Shown here one piece after another: positions 48,401 through 63,647 of a stretch of 64,000 nucleotides of DNA (the first letter of the stretch is position 1; every line of letters starts with the position of its first letter). The notes under the pieces are model-generated. The model saw only the letters and a list, made by a program, of their open reading frames with translations. It was not told where the DNA came from and ran no database searches. Source of the stretch: Priapulus caudatus. Lineage: Eukaryota. The translations under genes were made by a program, and so were the position numbers. The stretch lies in the NCBI RefSeq assembly GCF_000485595.1, contig NW_014577074.1, forward strand, positions 681,110 through 745,109, given 5' to 3'.

Positions 48401-50742
48401 TTTTTTAAAGAGAACGACAGATCTTGGTGAGAACGTAACCAGATGTCATCAGGTAGAGTTTATATAGGAGCACACTTGTCGACACGACAGTGCGCTGATA
48501 TTGCCAAGACTTAGCAGAATTTAAAACCATAAACATGTTCATTAACAAATTAATATAGGGGAAGGTTGATACAGTTTACAGGTCTATGACCCAATATTTG
48601 ACAAGCTATGGAAATTTCACATCCTATTCTGATATTACTGCTACAGGAAACAAGTAATCATTCACCCATAGCAAAAACACCTAATTAATATTGCATTACT
48701 AACACGTATATGCATGTTTCAGATGTTTTGATCCCATTACAGAAACCAAAGTGTATGTATGTATGTATTTAAACTCACACAGACAAAATTTAACATGTAA
48801 AGGGCAAACCAGAGCAATGGAATACGCATCGTAACTGCAACAGTGGAAGAGAGCAAAAAAACAGGGACATTTCCTGTTGCACATGACCGACTGTCCAAGA
48901 CTAGAATTGCGACTAGTATCTGCAGCCTCCTCTTATATCGCAGGTGCATATCATACTCAGGACAGATGTGACTATGGGCTTACCAGCAATACGATAATGG
49001 ACAGCCGTTGACCCCCTGGTAGTTCTATTCCTGCACGCAATCGTGGGTGCCCCTCCAAGTAAACCTCTGCCCACAACCTCGGCCGTGCTTTACAACTGTA
49101 TCTCGCGCACGGCACCCATGTATCTGCTATGCTCGATCACACACGTGACTGTTTATTTGAGTTGCATGCCATGGGAGACACACGCGAGGTTCCGTCAAGT
49201 GATTGTAATGGGGATGTCCACTTCGATACAACCAGCAACACTAGAGGCATAGGGCCGAGCCACCTGTACGCACATCTGTCCTGAGAAGCGCCGTCTATCA
49301 TCAATAATGGTCAGCAATTTGACATAGCAGTAGGCATGGAGAACAGTAACAGCAGCTTCTGTACATCCAGTTGCTTTGCTCTTCAAGGCTAAGCCTACAA
49401 GAGTAGAAGTATGTAACACGTCCTACATACGCACACTAAAGGTACCGAAGTACATAACACAGACTAAATTATACTTGTTTTTAGTTATTAGTCAATGAAT
49501 TAATTTATAAAAGCACCCAAAAACAACTTTAATATAATACACAGTTGTACTCACACCTATTCCAACATGAAAAAGTTTTACAGTATCTTAAATTATAAGC
49601 ATTTCTACCATATGGTACGTTATATGTATATAGTTATAGTTATAGCGTAACTTGCAGTCGAGGCCGCATTTAACTAACAGATACTTCACATTCTAATATG
49701 TTACTGTTACATCAGTGCTTTGCACCCATATGTATTCATCAATTAGGTAATTGTTAAATATATAATATATATACACAGAATTTACTATTATAAGTTTAGA
49801 TTAAAAGTGATAGCTTCAAACCGACACCACTGAATTGAGATCGTAAATGAAGACGGTCGTCACCAGGCATAAACAACTGATCAACAATCACTAACGTATC
49901 TCTCTACACAACCAGGCAACTTTGATATACATGTACACGTATAATCCAGACGTTAAGAGAAATATGGATTGGACAAGCTCGCGACATGGTATCGTAATCA
50001 ATTTGTAATCAGGGATCAATTACTTATGTCTGGTCATCGTTATCGGCTGCCAGTGGCAAAGCCACGCTCATCCTAGATGTACTTATATATATATATATAT
50101 GATAATAAGTCACTGCACTACAGTTTCTGCACGGCACCACAGCGTGGCGAACACTGGTAGCGTTACAGTTGTATCTATCCTCTTCTCCATACCTATTTAC
50201 AACCATTTCTTGTAAATACAATCACTTCTTGATAATAACTTGGAGCCTATTGCGGCGACAAATAGGCCCGACCCCTGTGCACCTGCCAGTCAATCACAGA
50301 GAATTTTGCTTGTGACAGACAGCCAAATGCAGACGTCCTTTTTATTAAAGTCACACCTACATACTCGTCACGCGGTTACCACAACCGAACCAAGAAATGA
50401 CTTGGGTTAGCACAGAGTGATGACCTTACAATAATGCAATAATTTTTAACAAAGTTATTTGTAATCAATTATCGAAATTTAAAATGGTAAGTCCACACGT
50501 TGCGCAGAAATTTAATCAACAGTTTCGGTTCATTAACAAACCTACAGGGAGCTTGGCCGAGTCTGCCACGATTACTTGATGCCAGATCTAGTCACCGAAT
50601 ATTTTTCGGGTGGCAAACCTCTCTCTGGAAATCTCTGCAAAACCCTGTTTTTTACCATCACTTCATGAGCTTCGGGAACGGCTTCCCCATGATCTGACTG
50701 TGCATGGCCCGACTGTCACGTGACTGTCCACACAAGATCCTC

Positions 50743-53700
50743 TTACATGGACTCATCATCACCTGTTACAACCGACAGCTCTGACATTTTGTCTGTTACC
50801 TCTGACTCCGTGTACCGTCGCTTGATTTTGTTCTTGGGCTTGCGTAGCATAGTAGCCTGCACCGCAAAAATTACAACAAGTATAAATAACAAAAAAGCAA
50901 AAAGCTCACACTAGTTCTACATTGTACCTACATTGTTCTTAACAATTATCTATTTAGCTAACGATCTGTCCCACTACCTAAATTACACGCACAAGGCTGA
51001 GGAACATTATTATTTTCGTTTCGCAGCTGAGAAATAGTAGTTCCACCAAGTGCTACGTATGCGCGACAAGAATAAACAGTCAATAAACTAAAACAATGTG
51101 CAACACCAACAAAAGTATGCAGCCACACATGTACAAGTAGAGCTGCCATGTGCAATGAGGGTGACCCTAGCATGATCAACATAATTTGCGTAGCACATCT
51201 CACAAAGTACTTCACAGCTATGCCCGTAATACAAATAAAAGAGCAGCACATTGATTGAACTGTTTGTTCTTCACTGTGTGGCGAGCCAGCTAATGCTTTC
51301 TTCTACACATCATGCATAGGGTGTGTGTGTGGGTGTGCGCGCCCGTGCGGATGTGCGTGTTGGCATGTGCGCATGTATTCGTTCATGTGTGCGTGCTGTG
51401 CGTGCGTGCGCGTGCGAGCGTGCGTGCATGCGTGGGTGTGTGTGACAAAATGGCTCCATGTGGTGTAACCTCCAGCATATGAAACCGGTAGCGAAATCAA
51501 GCACGGCTACTAACTGCATGGCTTTCCGAACAACCTCCTGCAACGACCCCGCAATCTTTGAGAGAGAACAGAATGGGTAATCAGAGCGCTAGCTGGGGTC
51601 GTCTGTCATGCGCGCTTCTCATCGGATGGCAGGATTACCGGCTCCGTGTTGCGTCGTTTAATTTTTGTTTTCTTCAGCATAGTTGCCTGCCCAGAAAGAA
51701 CAGAAAATGCTTTACTACACGAACACCGGCCAACGGCTAGCCGCCGACGAGCAAGCTAGACGCTGCCACCAGTGTCGACATTAAAGCGACGCCGTCTCTC
51801 CGATCACGTGCGCACTGCTCTAGCTAGTAAAGCGCCATCTACAGAAAGCCGATGTGCCAGCAGGAGGAGGAGGAGGGCCACACTGCGGGAACCTGCGCCT
51901 GCGCTGCGAGCGGGACAGGTAAGCTACGGCGCGGCTACACAACATGCCACCTGCAGCAGGACAACTAGTTACAGCAGGAGCTCCGAGGCGATAAGCAACA
52001 GAGGTGCCAACGACGAGGATGTGTGTGTGTGTGTGTTAGCCAGGCCAGCTACGACAGAGCTCTCTCACACCTACCTATACAGACATCATATCAATCAATG
52101 CACATTTGTCACGCCAAGTCAGATGACTGCTCACAGCGCAGCACTAAGTGATGTTACGTGTGTAGAGGTGGTGGCAGAGCAAAACTGTTTTGCATCCTAG
52201 ATATGGATAAATCTAGATGCTAGAGTTAGTATTCCATGCTTCTGGAGATAGGAGTATATGCTCCCCCCAGGAACAAGCGCACGCATCGTTACCTATGCTT
52301 GTCTAAATTATTATGAAAAGACTGCAAAGAGGCTGCATTTACGCATGTAAGCAATTCTATGCAGTTTGTATTAGTTTATAAAAGCTTGCATCTATGAAGC
52401 AATTTTCAACAGCAGGGACTTCAAAAGCAACAACGCAGCTATTATTTACACATCCAGCCCATCTTTTATCAAAATTCTATCACAGACTGTTCTGGAATGC
52501 TTAGTAAGAGAATGCACTACGGAATCGGACACCACAGCTACAGTTTACAGCCTCAGCAGACTTTTCTCTACCGTGTCATCCGATGAGAGACACCTATGTT
52601 AAACTCATGGAGCTGCAGCATCACCTATGACAGCGAGTAGTGTAGTGTAGCGCAACACATGTCGTGTCCTGCAAGCTAGCGCTGGTTGATGGGTCTTTTT
52701 ATTGATGTCCTAATAGCGAGATGACTGATTGCTCGTGGTGCTTCTGACACAGTTCCAATACTGACCATATAGATAGTTAACATCGCAGCCGACAGATGCA
52801 AGGTAGCAGAAGGATAATGGCGGCAGAGTCGCCATGCAGTTAGCAGTGCTATCCGGTTTGAACCAACACGCTGAGTTGTCACAGGCATGCTTGCTAGACC
52901 AAGATTCGTCGTTAAAACACATGCTTTGCTGAACGCAGGCATACATACATGCACGCACACACACGGGCACACATACGCATATACAGGTGGACCACTATCT
53001 GCTGACATGCTTGTAAGCTTCTATACTCTACAGCCTGACAGGCAGCACGGCCTGAGGTGGATAGTGCTCAACTACTACAGGATAACGGAGAAAAGAGGAC
53101 AGAGCCAGGCAGAACATCATGCACATATTCAGGTAGCAAAAAGCTCCTCTCCAGTCAGTAGACAATTATATTTATATTACAACATGTATGGCATCAACGC
53201 ATCACAAGCCACAGTGACAACACAAGTAGCTTAAGTAAAATATATGTGAAACTCATTTTGTGCAAGACCCTTTGATATAAACATCTATTCATATAATTAC
53301 TGCATCACTACCGCTCGTCTCAACACCCCGCAAACTGAACAGAAAAATATCTGGACCTGCATTCAGCATGCAAGACCAGGCAGGGCTATATGTCTCACAA
53401 AATACAAAACATAGAAGCACCTTACTGTGCATCAGTGTCTCAAATTACCCATTTCCATCACTCGAGAAATTCTCGGCTGATGTCTATTGTCAGAATAGAC
53501 GTCACAACACAACTTTATCAGTGTCACGTTCACAGGATGGGGCAGGATAAACCACTTCCCACATCGTGACCGTGTGTTGTCTGCCTGCGCGAGTACTAGT
53601 TAGAATGGAGTCACCACCCAGAAAAGATCAATGCATTTAACATAGTCGGCCTGCAGGCACAATGCAGCACTGCTGCTTCTGCCCAGCAAGAAATGTCTTA

Positions 53701-55250
53701 CTGTGAATTGGACTTGAGAATATTGATACTGGATGGGCAGAGCAGTCTGAATGGATCAAAACGTGCTTCAACCATCGCCTTCTTCACACTGACAGGAACA
53801 CTTACTGAAATTGTTACATTTTGGATTTTGAGATCTGAATGACAAATTCAAAAATCTAATGCACATTTGATAGTACTCAGACCGCTTTTACGAACGAAGC
53901 ATTTTAGAAATATCGATGAGAACCTGAATAGTGTTGTAGAGTTTGTGTTACGTTCATCATCTACATTTGTCTTCTAGAATTTTAAACACGGATACTCACC
54001 GCCATCCTATTCCATCTATCACATGTAACCTCGTGGAATATTCTGACAAGTAATTTTTTGAAACATGATGGTGTGACAATGCATATTCCTCAGACTCAGA
54101 TAATCAGACTGCCCCCAAAGCACTTTCCCAAATTGTGACACCACCCTTACTAGTACCGCCATGGCCTATCCAACAACCTCGGAGGTAAATCATTTTTCAC
54201 CACAAATGTTTAGATGTAAATGCACGTGTGTACCTGCGAAACAGTAGCCCTTGCCTGACGAGTCCAGCAACAGACAGACAGTAAAACATGAGCACCTACC
54301 TTTAGCGCAGAGCGAAGCACCACGACTTGCCCAGCCGACTGTATCCACGGCTCACCATCCACTTGCACCGGTAAATCATTGTACAGCCAGATTTTTATCT
54401 GCAAGAAGAATTTTTGGAGAACATGAAGCATGTTATAATCAGGACATCCTGGTCAAGCTCAGAGAATCCATTCCTTCGCGGAAGGTTTTAATCATAATTG
54501 CATATCATACATGGCGTATCATAATATATTTATATCCTATACAGTGATTTAAATACTGAACATTCCTTCTTTTTTCTATATGAAAAAGATGGAAACACAG
54601 ACAGCAACGACAACAATGCTATTGCACAAGTGTTTTTTCATGTTATAAAGATGAAAACTCAATACGACCGAGTAACAGATGTGTACTTTCATGCCATCAC
54701 ATTTTTCAGTACTTTTTAATCTCTCATAATAGAGTTTGTGTCTCAAATTACATCCTCTAGCACACGTACCTAACCACTTCCAGATGTTAGGCATCAAGAA
54801 ACCTTGCTGCCGACGGCATATTCAGTATCAACTATACTCTTTTCCATGGATAACTGCGCCCCCCCTCCTGTGTAGGTGCAATGCCACTTACGTGTCCACC
54901 TTGTGCAATCCTCACACCGCCACGCAGGCCACTCTGTATCTGACCCATGTGCACGACTCCTGTGACGCCAACCACCTCCAGATTACCATCGTAGTGGTTC
55001 GGCTTGCTGAACTGGTCCTCCTTCTGTGGCCCCCACGGGTTAGCTCCTGATGCCCAGCTGTACACGCATGCAGAGAAAACATGAGCTAAACCTTGTGGCT
55101 CAGCAGATAAACATGTCATGTACCAGTGCATGGCGGATTTAGCTTAAATGTGCTGCTTCGAACCGACCAGCAACGCACCGCCACTTGACGAAACCTTTAC
55201 ATGCAGTGATATTAACAGATCGCAAACGGACAACTGCGATAACACGATGG

Positions 55251-55311
<61 letters not shown>

Positions 55312-58300
55312 ATGATGGCTAGCAAAGGTACTGTGATGTAGTTGCCAAGCACGCCTTAATGCAGCGTACCTGAGTATGTTGAGAATGATAATTCCTTCCA
55401 ACTGCGGCAGCTCTACGTGCCGGCCATCCACCTCAAGCCTGATCTGGTTCTGCATGTCCTTGCACGACTTTCGGTTGAACATCTTGCGTAGTGATTTCTT
55501 GACGTACACCGTCTTGTTGTGCAACCTGAATGCAGATGGCGACACGTGTAAATTATGTGAACTTCCCCCTCGTTACAGATCGCACTACCGACACAGTCAG
55601 CTTCATCAGATACGCACTTTCGAAAAAAACGTAAAATTTTCATGACCAGCGAGTGGTACGCTTTTAGTAGCAAATCCTTGTTTTATACACATGAATGCAC
55701 GCACGCACATACATTCGCCAAGTACACAAACACGTATGTACTTGCTCACATGCACATGTGTGAATTTATTTATCTATTTACGTGAGTATACCTGCTGTTG
55801 AACTTGTCTGGGTTCTCCTCCCTGGCCATATGGAAGTCAAGGCAGAGGTCAGCGTCCAATCCAATCCCAAAGTAGTTATTCATCACAAACATGGACGTCG
55901 TGTCCTCCGTGTTCTGTGGATTGCTGTTGCCTAGTGATGTTAGCGATTTGGTGTCATCTGCTGGTTTCTCGTCCGGATGAAACACAACAGTCCACCTGTG
56001 TGATAACACATTCATTATTACCTGGCAGTTATTCAGCCCCTGTTACCTGCCCATACCTATCAATAATGTAGCCCGTTACCTACCCATACTTGTCACTAAT
56101 GAAACCCCTGTTACCTGCTTATACCTGTCACTAATGTAGTACCTGTTACCTGCCTATACCTGTCACTAATGTAGTACCTGCTTACTTATACCTGTCACTT
56201 AATGTAGTACCTGTACCTGCCTATACTGCATCACTAATGTATCTTACCTGCCTTACCTGTCAGCTTAGTACTTTACCTGACCTTCATAATTCAGCCCTGT
56301 AACCTCGCCTATACCCTGTCACAATCAGGCCCTGTTACCTGCCATATACCTGTCACAATTTCAACCCCTGTTACCTGCCTATACCTGTCACTTCAATACC
56401 CCTGTGTTACCTGCCTATTAACCTGTACAAATGTCAGCCCCCTGTTACCTGCTATTACCTGTACAAATTCAGGCTACAACTGTCACTAATTTTCGTATAA
56501 TGTAGTACCTGTTCGGCGATGTCGGCCCTGCCTATTACTGTCAGACTAATGCTGCCCGTGGTTACCTGCCTATCACCTGTCCATAATGCCGCCCGTGTTA
56601 CTCTGCGCTATACCTGTCACAAATTCAGCCCCTGTTACCTGCCTATACCTGTCACTGAATGCGTAGTAACCTGTCATAATGTACGTTACCTGTTACTGGC
56701 CTATACCTGTCACTAATTCAGCCCGTGTTACCTGCCATATACCGTTCATAATGTCCAGTAGCTGTTACTGGCCTATACCTGTCATCAAATTCAGCCCTGT
56801 TACCTGCCTATACCTGCACTAAATGCCGCCGGTTAGTTACCTGCTATTACTGTCACTAAAGTAGCTACTGTTACCTGCCTCATACTGTCCACTAATTCAG
56901 CCGCCTGTTACTGCCCATACCTGTCACTAATTCAGCCCCTGTGTTACCTGTCTATTACCTGTCACTAATTGCGCCCTGTGTTACCTTGCCTATACCTGTT
57001 CAAAATTCAAGCCCCTGTTACCTGCCTATACCTGTCACGGAATTCAGCCTGTTACTGCATATACCTGGTCACTAATGCTGCCCATGTTACCTTGGCCTAT
57101 ACCTGTGCACAACATTCAGCCCTTGTTACTTGCCTTATACCTGCACTTAATTCAGCCCGGTGTTACCGTGCCTAGTACTGTCACTAATGTAGTATCTGTT
57201 TACCTGCCTATACCTGTCACTAATGTAGTAACCTGGTTTACTGCCTATACCTGTCAGCTAATCAGCCCCTTGTTACCTGCCATACCTGTCACTAATTCAG
57301 CCCCTTGTTACCTGCCATATACCTGCTCACTAATGCGCCGTGTTACCTGGCCTTATACCTGTCACTAATTCAGCCCTCTTCACTGCCATGACCTGTCACT
57401 AATTCAGGCCCCTGTTTACCTGCCTATACCTGTCACTAATCGCCGCCCGTGTTACCTATACCTGATCACTAATTCGGCCGCTGTTACGCTGCCCATACCT
57501 GTCACTAATTCAGGCCCACTGTTACCTGTCTATACCTGTCACTAATGCCGCCCGTGTTACCTGCCTATACCTGTCACAAATTCAGCCCCTGTTACCTGCC
57601 TATACCTGTCACTAATTCAACCCCTGTTACCTGCCTATACCTGTCACTAATGTAGTCCCTGTTACCTGCCCATACCTGTCACAAATTCAGCCCCTGTTAC
57701 CTGCCTATACCTGTCACTAATGTAGTACCTGTTACATGCCTATACCTGTCACTAATGTAGTACCTGTTACCTGCCTATACCTGTCACTAATTCAGCCCCT
57801 GTTACCTGCCTATACCTGTCACTAATGCCGCCCGTGTTACCTGCCTATACCTGTCACTAATTCAGCCCCTGTTACCTGCCTATACCTGTCACTAATGCAG
57901 CCCCTGTTACCTGCCTATACCTGTCACTAATTCAGCCCCTGTTACCTGCCTATACCTGTCACTAATTCAGCCCCTGTTACCTGCCCATACCTGTCTAATC
58001 GAATCTCCTCAGCATCGATCACATCCTTCAGCATGTTGAGAGGATCTTCACCTCCGGTGTAGCCAGGCCCCCAGCGCAGCACCCTCGCCAGGTCATTGCC
58101 TGTGCCCAGGGGTACAATCGCACACGGCGGTGAAGGGCATTCTGTAGCAAACACAGGCAAGGTTAGCCGCTTGTCTACAATCACCTCAACATTAACAGGT
58201 GCAGTGTATGTGCGTTGTGATAGACTGTTCCGACCATTCAGTGCTAAAATTAAAGGATCCGAGGTCTCCGAGTGTAAAAATCTAACAAAGTTGGACATGC

Positions 58301-61300
58301 ACTACACAGTTTGATGTTTTATATAGTATCACTATATACCATCATATTTTAGTATGCACTGCTGGCCACTTGGACATAATAAAAGAACATATATGAGTAT
58401 TCTAGGTGAAAGGTCAAGGTGAAAAGATTACTAAAATAGATGTTTTCCTGATCGAGCCATATACAAAACACAAGAAAGTGTTAGGTGATACCAAACTTCA
58501 AACACCTCAAAATTTGGAGAGAGTAGTAGGTTCAACTAGATCAGTATGTTTAAACTCTTGAGCACCATGATAATTGCAAGACTACAAACCAATCGTCATG
58601 TAGCTCATATAATGTGCTGCAGTGCCCGCAGGGGAAATCTACATCCAGGACCAGCAATGACCACTTGGACCCTCCAACATCCTTCATACTACTGGCATCC
58701 TACTGCTACTGTTGTGCATACTAATGTTATGTGTCTGTCTATAATGTGTTTCATACTACTGTCTGCGCTTAACACACAGAAAGCACTTCCCCCATACACC
58801 CGTCATGAAGGAGTAAGCCTGTCATGGCATCTTTACTCACCAGAGTCTTGGCCGACGTTGTCCAGGCAGGACAGCACCCATCCTACGGTGCCATCTCCTC
58901 CACACACCATGATCTTGTACTTCTTTATGTTGCGGAAAACATACAAGCTGAAACACATTGAAACCTACTGTCAGTAAAAGCGGCAAGAGTTGCTACGCAC
59001 TTCCACTAGTGTACTGTCTGTCCATAGAGATAGATTCTATGGCCTGCATTCCACGCAAGAGCAGAAAAGAAACATGGAAATAATTTACATCCCTTTATCA
59101 TTGCATTAACACATGGCAAACGGCAGATATCATCTGTGCTTAACTCAAACCTCATTAACATATAGCACTGACATTGACAACATTCAAATGAAACCTTGTA
59201 GTTTGGATTAATTTGGGGGATGAGTGCCTGCATTAGCAGTAGAGGCTAGCAAAAACAATTTTTTAACTTCTTTGTCGTGTTTGTAGCAGTCCCTTTTTTC
59301 TCCACTATGTACACTCAGCCCATTCAGCATGCCAAAAGTTAGAAAGAAAAGACGTCCACAAGACAATTCCTACACCCCTCGTCAAACGAGTAGCAAGTGA
59401 TTTAACGCGGCTATACCAGCAGTTACCAATCTAAACTAGCCGTAGTCTATCCGTAACATTTCACTGCTCAACAAATATGAGGGCTGATACTTATACACAT
59501 CAGTTACAATGCTCACCCGGCTAAAGGGCCGCCATTATCCAAGTCAAACACCTGATGAGGGTTGAGAAGTTTCCTGTAGGAAGTGATTAGGTCCAGGCCC
59601 TGACAGCCCCCACTCTTTACATTCACAAACACCAGCAGAGGCAAGACGTGTGTCGGAATCATATGCGCCTGCAAGGAAAACGACATGCGAATAAAAGTGA
59701 CTGAAACATTTTCAACAAACGTGTGATTGTTTTCGATTACGAGTTGAATCTTTATTAGATGCCATTAGCACATCGCAATTTTGTACAAGAGTTCGTGCTC
59801 TACGCTTGTCGTTAAATACTTTATAGCCCCAACATTGTAAATCATCACAAAGGGGAATAACATCACTCTAACCTCACATCACTCTACTCACCTGTATGTT
59901 TGGCAGGAGCAGGACCAGCAACTGCTTGTCATCATACATGGCTTCCTGTAACCTTCCAAATGCCTTCACAGCCCTTTCACCATTCACGTATGTGATCACC
60001 AGCGATCCAAACTCATAGTATATTGGACCGATGGTGCTATACTTTAAATCTAGTAAAAAGGTGAACACAATTTTTAGAGGTGCCCCTAGGTGAGTTTTCT
60101 ACAACCAAACAAACATGAAGTGTTGTATCACATTCAATATGGTTGGGCACATTAGCAAATGAAAGTGCACAGAATCAAAAGGTGCATATAGTATCACCAT
60201 TGTTATTATCCTACAGGAAAATTCACAGGCATTACACAACACAGAATTAGCAGTGAGGAACTAGGGCATCTGACAACGTACCATTGCCTAAGAGTTTGAC
60301 TAAAATGGTTTCATATTGCCTCTGCGAGAGACTTTCTGGCAGCTTCCCGACGAACAGGGATATAGATGGCCCGTGGGGGTCTTTCACTTGCTGGATGTAA
60401 AACCTCGTTACTTGCATTTTGTGAAGAGATTCCTGCAACAGATAGTACCACCACTTTAAACACAGGCTCAAACGTGTGTAATTCCGATAGAATACGTCGC
60501 AAACAATTGCTACCATACTATTCAACAAGGGGTTGCACAACAAGATAGTCATTGCTTGAATACTGGTTCCTTTTGCTGTGGCTTCTATATGATAGCAAAT
60601 GAGACCGAAGCATGATTGAATTTCATCTTACCTTCCTAATTTGTTGCATAATTTGCCATGGGCACTCATCTCTTGTTAACTCTCTTTGTTGTACTGTAAA
60701 ACAAGTGTGGTTATCAATTACATTCTACTAAATTCATTGTGATTTTCAAGTGATTCAGCATAACTTTCCAAATACGTTAGTAACAGAAGTTCAAAGCATA
60801 GCAAAACACTTCTTTAACTAGTTATTACAACCATAACTAACGATACACACATCATATATGATAATTTCATTGATAAACAACAACATATGAATTGTTTGTA
60901 ATACAAATATACATTCAGCATCAACAAAATTCAGAACCTAAATGATGTCCCGTCGAATTGTATCGCCCTAGAAAAGCGAGCATTATTTAGGGTGCTAACA
61001 TGCATAAATTTAATAGTGAGTGTCTCACATAAGTCCACCTTCTTTAAAGGAAACACATGCCTTGGTGTCCTTCCAAATTGTTGCAGAACCCTAAAATCTC
61101 TGAATAATCCAAAGGCAACGGTTGCCCTACCACAAACTAAATTTGACCCACCCCCGATACTTACTTCCGCGTTCTAACAACACCTCGACAAGTTTATAGT
61201 CTCCCGGCTCAGCACTGTCCATTCCAAACTTTTTCAGTGCATAAGAGATGACCTGGTCAGCGGACGTGTTGCTTGTCACAGGAATGTTCTTATATGGCAC

Positions 61301-61307
61301 GGCAACC
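50743..61307 (-). CDS. DGKQ: Diacylglycerol kinase theta (type V), 3' portion: RA, RRM-like, catalytic and accessory domains
   Basis: Exons 61165-61307, 60632-60693, 60282-60432, 59892-60049, 59517-59668, 58841-58947, 57991-58141, 55792-55995, 55370-55525, 54892-55057, 54300-54398, 50743-50856 (TAA). Motifs [48 protein letters not shown] and PVQVDGEPW. 5' exons were not found and probably lie beyond the window. Confidence 0.93.
55245..55317. repeat. (GAT)n microsatellite in a DGKQ intron
   Basis: Direct reading of the sequence. Confidence 0.95.
56030..57995. repeat. ~2-kb 35-bp minisatellite built from the DGKQ splice-donor region
   Basis: Unit CCTGTTACCTGCCTATACCTGTCACTAATTCAGCC; the last unit runs into the exon boundary at 57991. 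The middle of the array is indel-rich. Confidence 0.93.
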
Positions 61308-62479
61308 CTAGAGAGAAACAACGTATAATCAGAACACATCGCACATAAATTCTTAGGTAACCACATTTTATTTCCAGGTAGGCAGAGAGTCACTTTTCTC
61401 TCGCAGCGAACCCGTGTTTTCCCATCAGAATTTTTTATAATTTCTGTGGGAGCTTGTTCCTTTTTTTCACTGTGAGTTGTGAATGTTCATTTTCCTTGTA
61501 TGATAGGGATATTTTCTGGGAACTTATTAATGCTGTTTTGTTACGTTAGGCCGGTAAAACACTAGGGTTTTGCATGGTACATAGCTGGGCTCTATCATCC
61601 GCTATTGAAACATCTACCTTTCTATTTTAATGAATCTCCAACAAAGCTAAATGTTCCCCATAATGCAATGTATACACTAAAAGCTACCCCCCCCAAAAAA
61701 AAATACCAGAACAATAACGTGCATTGTTACAAAATTTCGAATGTTAGCATTGCTGAGAAGTTTATAAATAGTGCAGACCTTTATCTTTTGCTCTAGCAAG
61801 AATACATTTAAAACTAACACAGCTTAAAGATCACGACATTTCTCACATTGTATACTGACAAAAGAAAAAAATACGTTTGGAGGAAGAGGGTTTTTCAACA
61901 TGGATTTGTGGCTTAAAATCGTTCTTGTAATGTTTATACAGTAAGAACGCATCACGATGCCATTAATATAATTTTGGAAGCTTTGCTAAATTCTCATAAT
62001 ATTTTGATGATGTAGACAGGCTATATTATTTTGCTGTGCACTAAACACACAGCAACAAGGATATTAACGATAAGTCAAAAATTTGGTACAGTATACACTC
62101 TGCAACTTTATGGAAAATTGTAATATTGTAGATGCAGCCTGCTGCTACGACAACATACTACATGCATATCAAGAAATATTGCCGACAGCCGCTCAACCTA
62201 GGAAAAATCAATTCGCCAACAAGGGGGCTGCAACTCAACGCTGCTCCTGCAGGATGCTGCTGCCACCTGGTGCCAGACACGGCCAGCTGCCCGAAAAAAC
62301 CAATTGCAGAAAGACCTCGCTGAAAACCTGTGCTGTACTAATGCAGATAGAGCTCTCTCCGCGTCCACGCAGGGACTGAGTAATGATTGAAACTGCGAAC
62401 ACTGCGCTGCTGTACGTGCTGCCTGTGTGACAACGACAGGCTGCTGCTATACGCATACATCCACTGCTACAGTGACACT

Positions 62480-63135
62480 TATATCGCATGCTGGGATGAG
62501 ATATACTGGCGGGCAGATATACAGGCGCGCTGACATAATATAACATAGCCATTCGTCAGATGAGGGGCGAGATATGACGGCTTAAGAGACATGAGATCAG
62601 ATAGGCAATACGTGGCGGGCTGATTCATACGTATCTGAACGTGACACGAGACAGCCTTTTACAGATGCGAGTGTGAGAGATTAGGATACCTATATCATAC
62701 AGTCGGATGAGATACACAAGTTAGAACATATGACATTAGACAGCCATTCAGAACATGGTAGCATGACATAGACAAGCTAGGAGACATGACTAACAATTTA
62801 TCACGTGGTGGGACAACATATACACAATCGATGACATTGAGGATTTAACATGATCGGATGAGATATACAGAATTAAAGACACTACGTCAGATAGCAAGAT
62901 ATCCCATGTTGCAATGAGAAACACAAGACACATCACCAGGCTATACAGACAAGGAGATACGATACCAGTTATCAATTTATCACATGGTAGGATAGGATAT
63001 ACCGTCAGACAGAAACTCCCACATTGCGGGGTGAGATATATAGGCTAGAAGACAGTATAGTAGGCAGGATAGTAGCACGAGATATACATACTAGTACACA
63101 TGACATTAGACCATAGCCATTAATCAGATAATTAG
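62480..63135. repeat. Highly degenerate tandem repeat or noisy gap-fill sequence
   Basis: Recurrent GGATGAGATATAC, GACATGAC and AGCCATT fragments at irregular spacing; purine-skewed. Confidence 0.45.
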
Positions 63136-63589
63136 ATGGCAAAATAGGATGATGTACAGTGCAACTAAGTACCTCTAGACCTGTATCTACGAGATTCTTC
63201 AAGCAAAGATTTATCAACGGTCCCTGCGTGCGTAGCATGGGGGCATTTAACGATTGCATCCCCAAAACCAAGCTGTAGCAGCGGCTAGTGCTTACCGTCA
63301 TCACAATCACCTTAGTCTAAGGAAACTGTACATCTTGCCTTGTGCTAAATGTTAACTATTACTTGCATAAATGAAACAGTATAAATCACCACCCAAAAGA
63401 AGAAATGCGTGCTGTGCGTTGAAGTCAGTTTGAAATTTGTAAATGTTAACCTTTAAGGGGAAGCACAAGACAACTGGGAAGAGGTTCTGTAGCAGATGTC
63501 ACCAAACGACAAATAGGAAAAAAAGCTACCAATTTCCATGCCAGACAAGGGAATGCTGCGTGTTGCTCTCTGTGATCTCCACCGACACG

Positions 63590-63593
63590 CCCC

Positions 63594-63647
<54 letters not shown>

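Noticed and set aside
45423..50700. Many short ORFs between FAF2 and DGKQ
   Set aside because: No recognisable domains or exon chains. They are best explained as convergent 3' UTR or intergenic sequence.
56030..57995. 35-bp repeat array as a possible CRISPR array
   Set aside because: The units are contiguous with no unique spacers, there are no cas genes, and the array lies in a eukaryotic intron.
59892..61307. RA plus RRM-like domains upstream of a DAG kinase domain as a novel fusion
   Set aside because: This fits the known type V (theta) DGK architecture in invertebrates.
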